Of a DNA stretch of 64,000 bases, positions 61,610 to 64,000 are shown piece by piece; the stretch's first letter is position 1; each line of letters begins with the position of its first letter. The stretch is taken from contig CDRNVI010000042.1 in assembly GCA_977017575.1 (NCBI GenBank), positions 119,756 to 183,755 of the forward strand, given 5' to 3'. A model generated the notes under the pieces. The model was not told the DNA's origin and did not search any database. It was given only the letters and a program-made list of their open reading frames with translations. The stretch is from Paramoeba atlantica (Eukaryota; Protista; Discosea). The translations under genes were made by a program, and so were the position numbers.

Positions 61610-62902
61610 CAGTCAGCAAAAAAACCGTTCGAATGTTTCGGTTTTTTTTTCTTTTGTATAGAGCTATTGATTAAATATCACCGTTGCGCTGGTAATGTGT
61701 GCTAGTAGTGTAGGCATGAGTGTCACCTAATAGTACCCGTAGATAGTTCATCTCAGTTCGTTCTACCAAAGAAATAAGAATGAATATAAAAAAGTTTAGC
61801 ATTCGAAAGGTTTTTTTGCTACCTATTATAGAGAAAATCTTGTCCCAAAAAATAGATGAAACGTAATCGCCCAAGAGAGATTATGCCCTAAATTAGTATT
61901 TAGTATTCCCCCCACGAGCCTTCAGCACTGCCTTCATACGGGCAGGCATACTGTCCACCTGGGCACGACATACTGAGGGTGGTATGTTCGCCCATTCCAT
62001 TTTTACCCTCTCCCACAACTCTCGGACCCCGCTTGGTGGATCATCGTGCGCTGCAAGGCGCCGCTTGAGTTCCCCCCCAAACGTTTTCGATTGGATTTAA
62101 GTCAGGGGACTGCGTGGGCCACCGCATGACTTCAAACCGGTACCCCGGAGGTGCCGTTGCGCACAATGGCTTGTGTGCTTGGGGTCATTATCTTGTTGGA
62201 AGATGACCATTGGGGGGTCTAGACCCATAGTTTCGATGGAGGGGGCAAGATTCTCTTCAAGAATCTCGACGTACTGTGTGGCGTTCAGGTTCCCTTGAAC
62301 TAGACGCACATGCCCCACACCGCTTCGGGACATGCACGCCCAAATCATGATGTGCCCCCCTCCGTACTTTACCGTGGGAATTACCCCTTTTTCACCCAGT
62401 TCCTCCCCCGGGGTCCCCCATGTCCAAAGACTTCCCCCCGTTTCAAAGCGCGAGATCTTCGTCTCGTCCGACCATACAACTGGAGCCCAGTCGTGCACTG
62501 TCCAGTGCTCATGGGCCGTGGCAAAGTCATCCGAAGCTTGCGATGGCGCTTGGACAGGTAGGGCTTGCGGACACGCTTTCTACCTTTGTGTCCGAAGCGG
62601 TGCATCGAAACTCGGATAGACTGAGGAACAACATCAGCAACGCCCTCGCGGCGCAGCTGAGATGATACCTCTCGCGCAGAATTTCCGGAGAACACAAGTC
62701 GTCGCACACGGCGTGTGCACGGCTCGGAAAGCTTTCGAGGGCGTCCACCCTGCATCCTGAGAGTATCAGGCCTTTCTTTTTTAATATCATAGAAATTGTT
62801 GAGATACTTAAATTTACAGTATCAGAGATGGACCTCATAGACACACCGCTGTCGTAGAGCTCTGCAATTTGTTTCTTTACGTAACGTGGTGTGGGCCTCA
62901 TA
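61610..62902 (-). mobile_element. Tc1 (DD34E) inverted arm; transposase (start at 62901) broken by three single-base deletions
   Basis: Reverse complement of the + copies; 1-nt losses in the A7 run, in ATGGAC and in AACCCG; begins TA-CAGTCAGCAAAAAAA. Confidence 0.95.
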
Positions 62903-62997
62903 GAAAATAAGAATTTTAGGTAAGAAGAATTTTAGGTTATAGAGTTTATCTTACACTATTACATTGTTTATCTTACACTGTTACATTTGCACTCTAT

Positions 62998-64000
62998 ATG
63001 AGGCCCACACCACGTTACGTAAAGAAACAAATTGCAGAGCTCTACGACAGCGGTGTGTCTATGAGGTCCATCTCTGATACTGTAAATTTAAGTATCTCAA
63101 CAATTTCTATGATATTAAAAAAAGAAAGGCCTGATACTCTCAGGATGCAGGGTGGACGCCCTCGAAAGCTTTCCGAGCCGTGCACACGCCGTGTGCGACG
63201 ACTTGTGTTCTCCGGAAATTCTGCGCGAGAGGTATCATCTCAGCTGCGCCGCAAGGGCGTTGCTGATGTTGTTCCTCAGTCTATCCGAGTTTCGATGCAC
63301 CGCTTCGGACACAAAGGTAGAAAGCGTGTCCGCAAGCCCTACCTGTCCAAGCGCCATCGCAAGCTTCGGATGGACTTTGCCACGGCCCATGAGCACTGGA
63401 CAGTGCACGACTGGGCTCCAGTTGTATGGTCGGACGAGACGAAGATCTCGCGCTTTGAAACGGGGGGAATTCTTTGGACATGGGGGACCCCGGGGGAGGA
63501 ACTGGGTGAAAAAGGGGTAATTCCCACGGTAAAGTACGGAGGGGGGCACATCATGATTTGGGCGTGCATGTCCCGAAGCGGTGTGGGGCATGTGCGTCTA
63601 GTTCAAGGGAACCTGAACGCCACACAGTACGTCGAGATTCTTGAAGAGAATCTTGCCCCCTCCATCGAAACTATGGGTCTAGACCCCCCAATGGTCATCT
63701 TCCAACAAGATAATGACCCCAAGCACACAAGCCATTGTGCGCAACGGCACCTCCGGGGTACCGGGTTTGAAGTCATGCGGTGGCCCCCGCAGTCCCCTGA
63801 CTTAAATCCAATCGAAAACGTTTGGGGGGAACTCAAGCGGCGCCTTGCAGCGCACGATGATCCACCAAGCGGGGTCCGAGAGTTGTGGGAGAGGGTAAAA
63901 ATGGAATGGGCGAACATACCACCCTCAGTATGTCGTGCCCAGGTGGACAGTATGCCTGCCCGTATGAAGGCAGTGCTGAAGGCTCGTGGGGGGAATACTA
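62998..64000 (+). CDS. Apparently intact Tc1 DD34E transposase running off the window (missed by the ORF track because no stop is included)
   Basis: ATG at 62998 (MRPTPRYVKKQIAELYDSGVSMRSISD...), HTH, GRPRKLS linker, WSDE, QQDND and SPDLNPIE; in frame through GGNT at 64000. Confidence 0.9.
   Translation, partial: MRPTPRYVKKQIAELYDSGVSMRSISDTVNLSISTISMILKKERPDTLRMQGGRPRKLSEPCTRRVRRLVFSGNSAREVSSQLRRKGVADVVPQSIRVSMHRFGHKGRKRVRKPYLSKRHRKLRMDFATAHEHWTVHDWAPVVWSDETKISRFETGGILWTWGTPGEELGEKGVIPTVKYGGGHIMIWACMSRSGVGHVRLVQGNLNATQYVEILEENLAPSIETMGLDPPMVIFQQDNDPKHTSHCAQRHLRGTGFEVMRWPPQSPDLNPIENVWGELKRRLAAHDDPPSGVRELWERVKMEWANIPPSVCRAQVDSMPARMKAVLKARGGNT

Noticed and set aside
1-64000. CRISPR arrays, rRNA genes, canonical hammerhead or HDV ribozymes
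   Set aside because: No repeat-spacer periodicity or rRNA motifs seen; candidate GC-rich blocks did not fit the full ribozyme topologies by eye

Overview
Eukaryotic DNA with kinetoplastid-type organisation, most consistent with a reduced Perkinsela-like endosymbiont (inference). The evidence is about 21 intronless genes all on the + strand with short spacers, a kinetoplastid-type TUTase, a glucose-6-phosphate isomerase ending in the glycosomal PTS1 -SHL, and cap+LRR paralogs. Bases 1-44,613 are a transposon-free unidirectional gene cluster: SPATA20-like, UAP1, condensin CAP-G, PGI, a large hypothetical, a crotonase-fold protein, PFDN2, PrimPol-like, DBP2, DBP9, a TUTase, 2 LRR genes, SAP18-like, a dual-specificity phosphatase, DNAJC11-like, APC1 and COQ7. 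From about 44.6 kb to the end is a dense mobile-element zone. It holds three copies of a DD34E Tc1 transposase, a second TA-repeat-embedded DD35E Tc1 family with MITEs, an RTE-like non-LTR element carrying RNase H, two CRE-like endonuclease tails, a DIRS/VIPER-like RT-RNase H, and a tRNA-headed hairpin-rich element. The top observation is a 'double-headed' Tc1: two ~1.3-kb inverted arms begin exactly at the transposase ATG, diverge from a 94-bp spacer and carry no left TIR. The same terminus (CAGTCAGC) abuts both halves of a reverse transcriptase that was split at the TA of its YADD tyrosine codon. All product calls come from motif recognition by eye; no database searches were run.
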